From assembly GCA_028534125.1 (NCBI GenBank), contig CM052816.1:17734001-17798000 (forward strand): a stretch of DNA of 64,000 bases. The letters are read 5' to 3'. Source of the stretch: Lama glama (taxonomy: Eukaryota). Positions 13,652-26,339 of this stretch are shown piece by piece. The notes below the pieces were generated by a model that was not told where the DNA came from, searched no databases, and saw only the letters and a program-made list of their open reading frames with translations. The position numbers were made by a program, and so were the translations under genes. How positions within the stretch are numbered: position 1 is the first letter of the stretch; the number at the start of each line of letters is the position of its first letter.

Positions 13652-13789
13652 TATATCCACATACACAGATCTAAATCATGCTCATCCAAATAGGTAGTCA
13701 TGGAGGGATGGAGGGGCTGGTTTAGGAGCTTTTTAAAACACATTCTAGATGTCTGGAACTCTGCAAAGCATGCTGTGTGGATTGCCTGC

Positions 13790-13950
13790 CTTATTACTTG
13801 CAACTTTGGGAGATAGCTATAATTATTTTTCCACTTCAAAGATAAAGAAATTGAGGTCAAGAAAAGTTAAGTGACTTGTCCGAGGTCAAGTAAATGGTAA
13901 AGCTAGGATTAGAACCTGGAGCCTAAGCTCTTAATCACTACACTCTATTG
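13790..13950 (-). mobile_element. MIR SINE
   Basis: gataaagaaattgaggtcaagaaaagttaagtgacttgtccgaggtca...ctaggattagaacctgg is antisense MIR core. Confidence 0.75.
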
Positions 13951-14513
13951 ACTGACAGTGACACTTCAGAGAACAATCCAGCAATTCCCAGTAAGGGATA
14001 CACCAAACCATAACACACAGTTACCAGTCCCCTACCGTACCCTTTCCCTGGCACAACTGTACTCTGCCGCAGGTAGCTTACATGGGAACTACAGAGACCG
14101 AATATTTGCACTTGTGAGGGCTTTGCCTTTAATTTACTTTAAATCATCTGCAGCTCCAGTTATATCTTGATTTTGTTCCAGGGCCTCAGTTTCCCCCGCC
14201 AAGCCAACCTTGTCACCTCTGATCACTTTTTTTCCCTACCCACAATTTCTGTGTGTCTTAGATGACCCGTTTTTCAGAGCCCACCTCCAGCACTCCCACT
14301 TCTGATGCCCCCCCTTTCTATAAGCCTTCTTCATGCCTGGTGTAGGTAGCAGTTTCTCTCTCTTCATAACTCTTATTCCCATAGTGGTCTGCTGCTTTTT
14401 CTCTCTTGTGACGCCTGGCACCTTTCTTTTTGTAATTTTATCAGCTCCTCAAGGGCAGGGACTAACTGAATTTTAGACACCTGAAGAATGAGTAGAAATT
14501 AGATCTGCATGGG

Positions 14514-14533
14514 GTGTGTGTGTGTGTGTGTGT
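14514..14533. repeat. (GT)n microsatellite
   Basis: Visible GT run. Confidence 0.9.
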
Positions 14534-15049
14534 CTGCATGCGTGCATGATGTGGTGTTTATGACACAGCATGTATAAGGAGGTGGTGGCCTGGCAAGGTA
14601 TCATTCCTTGGGGATGCCCTCTCCCTAGGGCACTTGGTTCCCCTTCTCCCTTCATTCCTTTCTGTGGACATTTGCTGGACCCCCCTTTTCTGGCAGTGCC
14701 TGTTATTCGTTGGAGGACACTGGGGCGCTGAAGGGCCAGGACTTCCCTGACTCTAAACCAGGATGATATTTCTTCCCTGTGTAATGCCAATTCCTGGATG
14801 CTTGGATCTGCCAATGAATCATCTTTGGAGCAGCATCTCATGATCAAGGCAAATGCCCCCTTTTGGAGTGGGGGCTATCACCCACCTTGGGCATGAACCT
14901 TTTCACCTCTGCCCCTCTGATAACAGACGCCGGAGTCAGGCATGAGAGGTTGGGCAAGACCAGGCACCAGGGCGTGATGCCATGTATGAGGACTGCTAAC
15001 TACAAAGGACAGCCAGGACATGGTTCAAAGGAGGGCAACAAATTTGATT

Positions 15050-15340
15050 GTGGAGTTGGAAATTAGGGCATGTATGAAAAATAATTAGGAATTGTAGCCT
15101 CAGGAAAAGAAGCCTGCAGGGAGACCTAGTAATTGTCTTCAAGCATATGGAAGCCAATTATACCACCGAGTCAAGTCAGCTTGTCTCTTCCACATGGAGA
15201 GGAGAGAAATATGTTTAACATGAAGAGGAAGGGTTTCTGCTAAATGTAGGATTGTTCCCTGTTGGCATGAGCTGTCACGCAACAAATTGGAGAAGGTGTC
15301 CCCTTTTCTGGAGGAAAAGGTTAAGCAGAAACTGGGGGCT
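15050..15340 (+). mobile_element. CR1/L3 LINE 3' fragment
   Basis: tagcctcaggaaaagaagcctgcagggagacctagtaattgtcttcaagcatatggaag...ctggaggaaaaggttaagcagaaactgg resembles the L3/CR1 ORF2 end and 3' UTR. Confidence 0.65.
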
Positions 15341-15439
15341 GGCTCAGGTTCGGCTCAGCTCTCTTTTGGCCTCCAGGACTTGGTCATTGGATTTGACTGT
15401 GGGGGCATCGTAATATGTGCCTGAGAGCAATCGGTAAGT

Positions 15440-15640
15440 GGCATAGCTTGGTGGTGAGGTTAGACTCAACAGCTCTTAGTTCTGCCTTCTACCAGCTGTG
15501 TAAATTCAGGCCAGTCACTTACCTTCTCTGGGCCTCTTTTGCCGCTACTATAAAATGGTAATAATAAGGCACACTCTGTGTCATTGTTGTGAGGATTAAA
15601 TGGTCACAGGTATACACAGAATTTTGTAACTACTTAACGT
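15440..15640 (+). mobile_element. MIR SINE
   Basis: tctgccttctaccagctgtgtaaattcaggccagtcacttaccttctctgggcctc...tataaaatggtaataataa...ttgttgtgaggattaaatg. Confidence 0.8.
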
Positions 15641-15749
15641 ATCAATGGTCCTAGGTAGGTAGTTGCTAGATTTTTATGACAGGAAATCCCAAATGAGTTG
15701 GTACCCTATTTAGGAGATGTGATAAATGCTGACGTATGTGTTCCATGGG

Positions 15750-15996
15750 CAGGGCCAGGCTAGAATTTTTCAGATCCTTAAGCCCCGACCCCATATGCAA
15801 TTTAAAAAATCCCCCAAAACACAAAACAACTAAACTACAAAAGAAATGCAAGAAAGACCAACACAGTTCTGATGTTTACCATGATTCTAGTCCACAGCTT
15901 GGTGGTATTGAGTTGTTTTTGAAATATCCATCTTGTAAAAATATCTTTGGTACCCTAAGCACATGCTCCATCTGCTGGTTGAATAATCTGGCCTGG
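15750..15996. mobile_element. Possible hAT-Tip100-type non-autonomous DNA transposon relic
   Basis: Degenerate terminal inverted repeats cagggccaggcta ... taatctggcctgg around an AT-rich interior; family not identified. Confidence 0.35.
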
Positions 15997-16497
15997 TGAT
16001 GAGATAGAGTGGCAGTAGGATTACAGCTTCAATCTGTTGCTCAACAAACAGTGGTGGATCAGGCAGTGTCTTGGTTGCAGGAGACACAGCCAATTCTCTT
16101 GACTTAAGAAAGCTTCAGAAGCAGGTGATTTCTGAGAGGGATGGCCGGAGCTCAAAGAACAGCTGGAGCGCGGGGTGGGTTTAACCAATGGGCAGAAACT
16201 GAGGCCACGTATTGCAAGCCATGAGGTCCAAGTGCTTTCGCCTTGGCTGTGGTGAATGTGATCTACGGATTTTCTCTGAGACATTCCCTGAAGACTCTGA
16301 AGGAGGTGTGGGGCTGGGCTCAGACCACGTGCCAGCCAAAGCTACACCTGGCCTCAGGGAAAAGAAGGATCTGGTCCTTTCACCGCGGGGTGAACAGTGT
16401 GCATCACTGGAAAGCACCTTCTCTGGAACGCTAAACAAATGGGAGCCTGGGTGCTGGAAGGAAGGAAGTTAAATATTGGAGGGAAAGAAGAAAGCAG

Positions 16498-16697
16498 ACA
16501 CTACTGTATATAGAGTAGATAAACAACAAGTTTCTACTGTGTAACACAGGGAGCTGTATTCAATATCTTGTAGTAACCTATAATGAAAAAGAATATGTAG
16601 ACGAATATATGCATGCATATGTATGACTGAAACATTATCTTGTACACCAGAAATCAACACACTATCATAAACTGACTATATTTCAATAAAAAAAAAA
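16498..16697 (+). mobile_element. 5'-truncated artiodactyl-type L1 3' end with poly(A) tail
   Basis: ctactgtatatagagtagataaacaacaag...tgtacaccagaaatcaacac...tttcAATAAA plus an A tail. Candidate TSD aagaaagcag (16488-16497) / aagaaggcag (16696-16705). Confidence 0.85.
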
Positions 16698-18814
16698 GAA
16701 GGCAGGTGGATACTCACATGCCGTATTTACAAGCCAGGCCCTGTGCACCACCCACGTGATAGTCACATGCTTAGCTGGTTTGCAGTCTCCGTCCTTTGCC
16801 TGTCTATCTGTGTATTTTCATCTTGTCGCTGCAGGGGGCCTCTAGGTTCCATGAGGGTAGGGACCCCAGTTGATACGATGTAACCCCCAGAATGGCACTC
16901 AGTGTCTGGTAACCGATTGCATCACTGTTGGTTGAATTCTGAAGTGAGTTCACCCCAGTCAGCAGGAACAGATGACGATCGGGTGTCCCTGGCTTCTGGA
17001 GTGTGTATGAGACACTGGGAGTGTGTAGGTAAGACTAGAAACACCCCTGGGCCTTGGAACATGGGCAAATACATCTCTCTGCCAACTGAGTTTCAGCATC
17101 GTGTAGCGTAGGCCTGGGTCTCTGATGGGGAGGATGAAAAGTAAAATTAGCTCATCCCCTCAACTGCATTATTAAATAGTGCACAGACGACAGGGCGTGA
17201 ATTATGGATGCACAGAGAGCTTGTCCTCCTGCAGGGGAGAGGGGCCTCTGGATAATTGGTTTTTCGACATGGAAACAATTAAGATAGCTTGGAAATACTG
17301 TTTCCTTCACCATATCAAGCCCTGTCTGTTAATGGAGGGATGGGGTCAGGTGAGTCTTCTTTTCCAGATGCTTATTATCCTGCTGTCACCAGGGCAGCAA
17401 AATGAATGGAAGGGCACAGCACGGTATCAATGTTTTCATTTAAATCCGCTTGCAGGATCAGAAATCAGCTTTGAGTTCAGTCTGTGGGCCATTCTGACCA
17501 TCTTTTTAGAAATTGGTGGAGTATTTTTTTTTAATTGATCTGGAAAATTGAGAAATGCTAGTGTTGCAGGCAGGGGCTACATGATGTGTTGTTGAGGATT
17601 TCAGCACGGTCATCACTGAATTCTTGGAGAAGGCTGTTGTTCTGTGGAAGTGAAATATGAGAACCAACAATTCAAATGTCAGATGCTCAGACCATTTGCT
17701 GGCCAAGGAGGAGGATGGTCCCTGGTGATGTAAGGTGTGAGACGTGCACGGGGCACCTGAGCAGGTGCTCTGACTGGAATTGTAGGTGGCAGTAACCTTC
17801 ATCATTGGAGGCACACAGATAACACGTTTATTAGAAAGGTGCCGTCACTGTCATGTTGCTCTCTCAGACTGGAGTGGCAGTTCAAACTCGAGCATGTGTT
17901 TCTCTTCAGAGGAATTGTTAGCAGATGGGTTCGGCAGGCCAAGAAATGTTCTTGGATGCCTACTGTGTGCCAGCGTGGGCTTTCTTCTTTTGTCTTCATT
18001 TTTTGTTTTATTTTTTTACTTTTTGTCATTTTTAATGTTTTAGAAAGATATTTTGTTCCAAAAATAACATGCATGTCTTAAAGTAAATGCAGATAGCTCT
18101 AAGTTGCTTAAAACTGATGAGTGCATTTTCCTTTATTCAGCAAATCTTTGCAGAGCACCCATCATGAGCTCGAGTCCAGCTCTTCACATCCCATAGTGTG
18201 GTTTCAAGAACTGCTTCCCGGTTCAGTGCCGCAAACTTTTATTGAGTCCCTGCTGTGCGGGAGGCATGGCGGAAATCAGTGGGGACACAGAGACCAGTAA
18301 GATTCATTCTCCGCCCAGGAGGAGCTCACGGGTCAGGCAGAGCAGTATGCAGAAATGATCATCCTGTGACCATGTGAGGGATGGGATGCAGGCCAGAGGA
18401 GGCAGTCCAGAGATAAGAATTGATTCGGAAGTGGGCCTGTCCATGAGGAGCGCAGGGTTGGAGCCCAGCTGGGTGATGCCCGGTGGCAGTGCCCATGGGG
18501 TCTCAGGTCCATGGTGGGTACTTGTTCTCTATGCACACCTGCTCCTACTTGCATTCTTCCTATTCACGCCATAGGACACTCCATCCCTGGGGTCCCTGGA
18601 ACATAATGCATTCACATCCCTGCTGTTTCCATCCCCACCTCACATCTGGTTCACTGTGCACGCGGCGGTGTTAGGACATGTGATAAGTAGAAAGGGCTGT
18701 GTGGCCCCCACGGGGGTTCTGAATCAGAGCTTATGACTGCACTCAGGGGCTTCTTTAGTCTCTCAGAACATCAGTTTCCTTATCTTTAATCTGGTAATCG
18801 TCACAGTACCTACA

Positions 18815-19203
18815 TTAGCTTGGGTGAGCATGATCACATACCATAGACTGGAGGGCTGGAAAGACAGGAGTTTCTTTTCTCACAGTTCTGGAGGCTGGAA
18901 GTCCAAGGTGAGGTTCCAGCAGCCTGGAGTCTGGTGAGAGCCCTCTCCCTGGCTTGCAGATGTCTGTCCACCTTTCCCTCTGTCCTCACGTGGCCTCTCG
19001 CCTGTGTGCACGTGGAGAGAGTGAGCAAGTGAGTTCTCTGGTGTCTCCTCTTATACTGGCACTGATCCCTCCAGGAGCCCTCCACTGTTATGCCCTCATC
19101 TATCTCTCATTAGCCCCCAAAGCCCCATCTCCAGATACCATCACATTGGCAGTTAAAGCATCCATGTATGAACCTGGAGGGGAATACAGTTCAGTCCGTA
19201 GCA
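18815..19203 (-). mobile_element. MLT1A-type MaLR (ERVL) solo LTR inserted into a MIR
   Basis: The minus strand starts TGCTACGGACTGAA and contains the typical ttctcacagttctggaggctggaagtccaag motif. MIR-like sequence lies on both sides (about 18730-18812 and 19204-19285). Confidence 0.85.
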
Positions 19204-19439
19204 GCACCTGCATCATCTGGTCGCTGTAGGGTAACGTCTGTGGAGAGCCTTGGCCAGTGCCTGGCATGTGGTAAGCATTCTGTAAAAGCTGACTTCTGGT
19301 AAAGGGTGGTGTGCATGCATCTCTTTCCCTGTAAAACCATAAGCTCTCAAGGCCAAGGCTGTGTTTTATTTATGGCTGCCTCTCCTAAGTGGTTGGTGTA
19401 AGGAACCACCTGTGAAAGGAGAGAAAGAACTTGGATTTA

Positions 19440-19660
19440 GAAAGATAGGTTGGGATCTTAGCCTGGCCATGTCCTAGCTGTGTGCCCCAGGGCAGTGACT
19501 GAACCTCTCTGAACCTCATTTTGGATTATTTTTTTTTTTCTGATCCCTGAGATGGAAGAAGTTAACTTTTATTTCCCAGAATTTGGGGGAGGCTTAAATG
19601 AGACCTGTGTGAGTATACCTATATTTTCTGATACATAGCAAGTGTCCTCTAAATATTGGC
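19440..19660 (+). mobile_element. MIR SINE
   Basis: ctagctgtgtgccccagggcagtgactgaacctctctgaacctcatttt...gaggcttaaatgaga. Confidence 0.7.
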
Positions 19661-20399
19661 AGAATGAGTCTCAAACGTTTGTCCACAAGGTGTCCCTAGA
19701 TCTAATGGAGCTGCTCTGCTCTTTGTCTTGTGGTCTTAATTCCCACGTTGCCCTGATGCTCCTGCTCTTCACATGAGCCTTCGAGACCCAGTGGATGTGA
19801 GCCTGGGCAGATAGCCATTTGATGAGATTTTTGCAAGGGATTAAAAAAATATATGAAGATGAACTTAATTTGGTAGAGGAGTAATGATTTAGATCCAATA
19901 TTCACATAGAAAAAAATGGGTTATTTTGAATGTTCTTGGTCCCATTAACAAAATTTAATCTAGTGGTGAAAATTTATGGGGCAGCAGGCAATCTGTCTTG
20001 CCTGATGGTGCTCAAAAGTGCAAATGAAGACTTCTTATAACCTCCCTGCTTTTCAGAGTTCAACAGTGTAAGGACATTTACATTTCCAACAAGATGGTCC
20101 TCAGGCTAGTGTGTCTTTTTATGGTCTGTGTGAAATACATGAGTTTGAAATACACGGTCTGCTGACAACTTAAATTTTCTGAGAAGCCACATTGAACAGA
20201 AAGAAATACAATGTGTATTAGTGAAGATGTTTGGTTGTTTGGTATAAGATCTTATGGATAAGCGGCAGGCATGCCATTTGTCCTCCGTAGGAGGGACAGG
20301 AGAATTGAGTCCCACACTGGCACAGAGTGGCTGCCATGCTGACTGTGGGTCTTAAGCTGAAAGCTGAGAAAGTCTTGATGTCATCCAGCCTCCTACTAG

Positions 20400-20610
20400 G
20401 TCTTGGAGACAGACAGACCAGGGTATGAGCTCCCCTAGCTCTGTGACCTTGGACTAGTTATTTTACTTCGTTGACCCTACCTTCTGCATCTGTCACTTGG
20501 GGTGCTGATACCTCTGTCACAGCGTTATTAAGAGGATTTAATGAGATGGATGGTGCAGTACCCTGTGCATGTGTCCGTGTCCAGGAAGTGTTGGCCATTA
20601 TTATTACTAC
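20400..20610 (+). mobile_element. MIR SINE
   Basis: ctagctctgtgaccttggactagttatttta...gttattaagaggatttaatgagat, ending in a ttattattacta tail. Confidence 0.7.
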
Positions 20611-20611
20611 T

Positions 20612-20666
20612 ACTATTGCATTACCTAGTAGTGTGTTCATAGGCTGTTACTAGGTAATGCAATAGT
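20612..20666. repeat. Perfect 19-bp inverted repeat with a 17-nt spacer (hairpin/cruciform)
   Basis: actattgcattacctagta (20612-20630) is the exact reverse complement of tactaggtaatgcaatagt (20648-20666). Confidence 0.95.
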
Positions 20667-21497
20667 TAGCTACCTGTGAAAGTTTTAGAGCTTGAAACAA
20701 AATGTTGCATCATCCTAAAACATCCTTTTCAAAGTTACTTAGGGAGTTTGCTTTTCATAGGTCTTTGAGCCCTAGAGGGGATATTAAGTTACCACACTTA
20801 CCTTTAAATTTCTATTTACCTTTGGTCTCAGCTTTCCTGCTGTTCCCTGGTGGCCATGACTGCCACTCTTGCATGTGTCACCGAAAAGTCTGCCACGTGG
20901 CAGCAGGCACTTTGTCTCCCATTCACTGGTGTGTGTCTAGCACCTAAACCAGTGAGTGCCTGGCATATAGTAGATGCAAAATGCATATTTTTGTTGAATA
21001 AATCCACTGCCTTCCAATCTTCAGATTGTGCATCTGGTTCCTCCCTGGGTCAGAAAGGTGTCTTCTTACTTCCCATCTCTCTTAATGAATTTAAAGGCCA
21101 GTGGTAGTTTCGGAGCTGTGTTTCCTTTTCTCTTTTCCTGGAGATCAGCATGACAGAGTAGATGGAACACGGGGCTGGGGGTATGAGACCCAGGCTCCAG
21201 ATTCAGCTCTGCAGCCAGCTTGTAGGAACCTTGGACGAACTAGCCTCCCTGGACTTCAGTTCCTCAGTGGTATCATCTGGAAATGCTTTGTTAATTTCAG
21301 AACGACTTTCCAGTGCTGACCTGGGGCAGATGGCTTCTCTGAAGGTTCTTTAAGGTCAAGCCCCGCTTTGCTGCTCCCTCTTTTTTGGACCTCCAGTTGC
21401 TACCAGGTTCACTTACTTCTCAGCCCCGAGATAGAAATGAATCCAGACCAGAGACTGTTTTAGATAGCTCCAGCCAGCACACCTTACATATCTCAGC

Positions 21498-21710
21498 TAG
21501 GGTATCTCTAGCTCAGAACTGTTGACATTTGGGGCAGATAATTCTTCGTTGTGAGGGGCTGTCCTATAGATTGTAGAATGTTTATCACCCTGATCTGTAC
21601 CCATTAAATGCCAGTAGCATCCTCCCCAATGCCTGACCACCACTTTTGACAAGTGCGTTGTCTCCAGACATTGCCAAATGTCTGGGTGGGGGCTTTGCAA
21701 ATAATCCCTG
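21498..21710 (-). mobile_element. MER20 (hAT-Charlie) DNA transposon
   Basis: gttgacatttggggcagataattcttcgttgtgaggggctgtcct...tgccagtagcatcc...tgtctccagacattgccaaatgtc is the reverse complement of the MER20 consensus as I recall it. Confidence 0.85.
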
Positions 21711-24073
21711 ATGTAAGCACACATTCTTCCCTAGTCTTATTTCAGACGACATAAGAAGACAGATGATTTTTTTTCAGGAAACTAGAGCAAATGGGGAAAG
21801 TGTATTGATCAGAATTATCTTTTTGCTAGAGATAGGGAAAAAGAAAAGAAAAAGAAAACAACTTTCTCAGCCACTTAAAAGTAGAAATGCAGAGCTACCC
21901 CAAACATTGTGCTAGGGCTCTGGATTCACACCGACATAATTCCACGTGTAATATATCACCAAAGATGAGCATAGAGAATGACATCTCTTAGATCTTACCC
22001 TGACCGTGACAGCTATTGGATCTTATTTTTACATCATGGAAATTGGGTAGCGGTGGTGCTGAATACTTGATGAAAAAGACAGGGTTTTAAAATCTTCCAT
22101 CTTGCTCACATCTTAGATGTAGGCACATCCTAGAGATTTTTGAATATAAAAACATTTTGGTCAAGATATATTCAGTGGTGCTGGGATAATATAAACAATT
22201 TTGTTCATCACAAACTTGATGGTAATGTTTTGTCAATAGAGGTAGGATACCGGTCACTTTGAGAGGAGTTAAAACTGTTTATAAGACAGGAGCTCACAAT
22301 TTGGTAGGTGATGCAAGACAAAAGTTGGTGGAAATTTAAACCGTAACTTAATGTGTAGATGAAGGCAATAATGATTTTACAGCATAAGCAGTAATAGCCA
22401 TTGCAGCCCCAAGAGATACCAGTGTGAGCTCAGGTTGACAGGAAAGGAGATCAGAAAGTCAGCCTTACCTGCAGAGAGAGTTTAAAGGCTTCCGAGGAAC
22501 AAAAGCTACCTTGACGTGCTTTGTCTAAAGCATTGGGGGGGTTGATTAAGATCCTAATTAGCTCTCTTTGGAGACTGGTGAGACAACATACACTTAACAT
22601 CAAGTGTCAACCCTCATGTATTTATTCCAGTGGCTAAGACTATTCGAAACAGAGTTGATCCCATTTTAAAAGGCACATCTCATGTACTTCCTGAGATTGA
22701 TACTCTTTGAAGTATCTTCCCAACTCAAAATTACCCATTCTCCAGGAATATTCTATCTCCATCCAGAAAGAAGCAGAAGTCCCATGGGTGGGTCTCTGGC
22801 AGCCATGCCTGCTTTCTGAGGTGAGACCCTTCACCCCAGGCTGTAGTTGGCTGGGTTGAGGTGGACACCTGATTTCTGCTGGACCTGATCCTTGGCTGAG
22901 ACTTTGGACTTAGGATGAAAAGGCCCATGACCACAACTGTGCCTGTTAGTCTCTGGGAGTTGTAGCTGCCTTTCCCCTGTGAAGCCTGAGAAGACACATG
23001 AGAAGCTGGTAGTTTGCCATCTCTGAACAAGACCCTGGGTGTACTGGTCACCGATACCCTGAGGACCAGGTGATCATAGGGCCACTCTGTGGAACTTGGG
23101 GTTTGCCTAGAGGTCTTCTTAATGCCCAGCCTATCCCTTCCCCGGGCGCCTTCCCTTGTCGCAGTGCCCCCCGGACTCCTGCCCTTCTGTGGCACAGCCG
23201 AGGCCCCCTCTCTGCTGCCCTTCAGGGGAGGGTCCTGAGGAAATCTCATTATCCACATTCCCGTGATGTGCGCAGTGCTGTTCATCTCCAGGGAGCAGCT
23301 GACTGAGAGCTCTAATGTTGAGAAAGGTCTGCTCACCCCAGTCCCTCTGACCCTTCAACGGCAGTGATGGGTCAGTGCATTAACTTTCCAGGTGTGGCTG
23401 CATTTCTACTAAAAAGGACTGTTCAACACCCTAAAATTACGGTTTCTAACCAGAGACCCTGTGGCTTTCTCTAGAGACCCTGAGTCTGTGTTGCTTAAGA
23501 GCTCTCTGGATGGTAGCAGCACAGCCCAGCTCAAACATTGCCAGAAGGGTATCAAAGACTCACAGAGGCTGTGCGAGGCTGGCCTGGAAATGGGAAGGGC
23601 TGAGGCAGCGCCAGAGGGCCAGGCGGTGGGAACCGCAGGCTAATGATGCCCAGTGTCCCCTCTGGCCTGGGCCCCTTTCTCCTCACAGAGTCGTGGGAAA
23701 GTCTGGAATTGAATGAACCGGGGCAGGGAGAGGAAGGGTTAGCTGGCACCCATCACTCCTGTCTCTTTAGCGGGAAGTAGGCAATTTGAACCCCTGGCCC
23801 ACCTAGCCTGCACACAATGGGGAGAGATGATTCTGTGCAAGGAAAACAGGATGCTGCTAGGAAAGGGGATTGGAGGACTTAAGGTAAACATCCACCCTGG
23901 GTCCTTTGCATCACAAAAACATACATAAAATTTGGGGTGCAGGTTTTATACCTCTAAAGCCTGTCCACAGAATCCCAATAAACAACCTTTCATCCAAAGG
24001 AATTTCTGTTTATTCCTATCATTTCAGACGTCAGTGCCCAGGGAATGGGATTTCTATGGGCTGTGACGTGGAG

Positions 24074-24573
24074 NNNNNNNNNNNNNNNNNNNNNNNNNNN
24101 NNNNNNNNNNNNNNNNNNNNNNNNNNNNNNNNNNNNNNNNNNNNNNNNNNNNNNNNNNNNNNNNNNNNNNNNNNNNNNNNNNNNNNNNNNNNNNNNNNNN
24201 NNNNNNNNNNNNNNNNNNNNNNNNNNNNNNNNNNNNNNNNNNNNNNNNNNNNNNNNNNNNNNNNNNNNNNNNNNNNNNNNNNNNNNNNNNNNNNNNNNNN
24301 NNNNNNNNNNNNNNNNNNNNNNNNNNNNNNNNNNNNNNNNNNNNNNNNNNNNNNNNNNNNNNNNNNNNNNNNNNNNNNNNNNNNNNNNNNNNNNNNNNNN
24401 NNNNNNNNNNNNNNNNNNNNNNNNNNNNNNNNNNNNNNNNNNNNNNNNNNNNNNNNNNNNNNNNNNNNNNNNNNNNNNNNNNNNNNNNNNNNNNNNNNNN
24501 NNNNNNNNNNNNNNNNNNNNNNNNNNNNNNNNNNNNNNNNNNNNNNNNNNNNNNNNNNNNNNNNNNNNNNNNN
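24074..24573. other. Assembly gap, exactly 500 N
   Basis: Run of N with a round, fixed length, typical of a scaffolding join. Confidence 0.99.
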
Positions 24574-25724
24574 GTACAGTGGCACATGCCAGCAGGACAC
24601 GTCAGATCATGACCCACGTGTCACTTCATTTTTGCAGCAACACTTGATGGTTGTCCTGCCACAGTCCCTCCCTACTTCTCAGGATGTAAAGGCGCCTCTC
24701 CTGCTTCCCCATGAATGTGGTCCTGAGGCTCCTTACTCTGTAGTTCCGGGAATTTCTACCATATCTGATGAAGCTTTGTCACACCTCATCTTGTTAATGC
24801 CATCGCCTCTCACAGTAGTGAATTTAGTCTGAGATGTTGTCAGCTTGCAATTTAGAAATGAGTTAAAAATTAGTGTGGGCTGCTTTACCAGTCTGAGTTC
24901 AAAATCCTGGATTTGGGCTTGGCTTCCAGTGAGGGCAGCTTGTTCGGTGAGTGGGAGTGAGATGACCCAGCGGGCTGCCTTTGTGACTGGGACTTTGAAT
25001 TGGCATCGGGACCTGTGGCCCTTTGATTGAACAGGGTCCGCAAAGAGACCAGACGGAGTTTTCATCTGTCAGAGGAAGGAAGACACCAGGGAGATTTGTT
25101 GCCCATTTAGAAAATGATTGGGCATGAAATGGATACTGTTTGGATTACAGAGAAACACATCTTCTCATTAGCTTTTTCAGGATCACAAAAGGCCTGGTGG
25201 CTGATTTAGCTCCAGCCAGTGGGATCTGGTGCCAGAAAATCTGTTATGCATTTGCATACGGAAGCAGCCTTGAGGACAAAGGGAATCTCTTTAATCTCAT
25301 CAGTGGTCTTCTTTCACTGTGTTCCACACATGTATGGAGTGCAGAGGGTATGTTTCCAGCTCTGTCTCAACGAGCAGGGGGAAGAATCCATCTGGTCACC
25401 TTTCCTGCACCAGCTACCTGGTGGTGGTGGATGCTGAGTGGAGAGAGCAGGTTGCTGATGTAGAGGGTGGGAGGGGGAGGGGACCAAATGGGGTGGGTTG
25501 GAGGGACAGTCACTAGTGGGAGTTGTTGTGGAGAGTAAGACCAGGCTGGTCGTAGAGGTGGATCTCCAGAGGTCTCCTGGCAAGTAGAGAATAAGAGACA
25601 AGAGGACTTCAGGGTTGTACTTTGGCTTAAAGATGACCTTGTAGAGAAACTGGGAGAAGAAAATGGGTCCAGTTGGTCTGGTGTGACTCTAAGGAATGTT
25701 TAAGAGGAATCATGTGGGAAAGAG

Positions 25725-25950
25725 CTAAAGCTCACATTTACTAAGTACTTTCTTGGAATAATGTTAAGCATTTGATAGGTTGTCTCGTGCAGTCCTCCTA
25801 AGCACCATGTAAGGGTGGTGTTACCACTCGCCTTTACAGCTCAGAGAGGTTGCATAACTTTCCCAGGGTCACACAGCACCCAAGGAGCTGAGCTGAGATG
25901 TGAAATGGGATCTGCCTGGAGCCGTAGTTCATGCTCCTTTGACCTTTCCA
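25725..25950 (-). mobile_element. MIR SINE
   Basis: gctcacatttactaagtact...gctcagagaggttgcataactttcccagggtcacacagc...gagctgagatgtgaa. Confidence 0.75.
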
Positions 25951-26339
25951 TAGCATCCATATCACGCAGATAGGTAATTTGCTCATATTAGCAAAGACAT
26001 GTCCAGAGATTTGGGTTTCCTGCAGTCTGTTCACCTTTAGCATCAGCACCCTGAGCAATGACCAGCCAAGAGCCGTGTATGAAAGCAGAGCCACTGGCTT
26101 GTCATGGCGTGGTGGTGGTCATGGAGATGAGTCCGGGTCTGGAGCAAGGCCAGCATGTGGCTGCTGAGGCACCTCAGTTAGACCTCAGCCTGCTGAGGCG
26201 ATGTCTGGAGACTCATTGGTCTCAGGGTACACATCTGAGAATGAGTCTTCGTAGAGGTAATTCCTGGTCCTGCCCTAAACTGTGTGTCCTCAGAAAAGTC
26301 ATGAGATCTGTGGAGACCTGTCTCTTTCTCCAACACTCC

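Noticed and set aside
17600..17620. REST/NRSE-like TCAGCAC half-sites (also at about 26044, 29984 and 35942)
   Set aside because: None is followed by the GGACAG right half at canonical spacing.
23906..24832. Longest ORFs (308, 200, 189 and 187 aa)
   Set aside because: They are open only because they read through the 500-N gap. The ORFs at 46270-47072 likewise span the 100-N gap.
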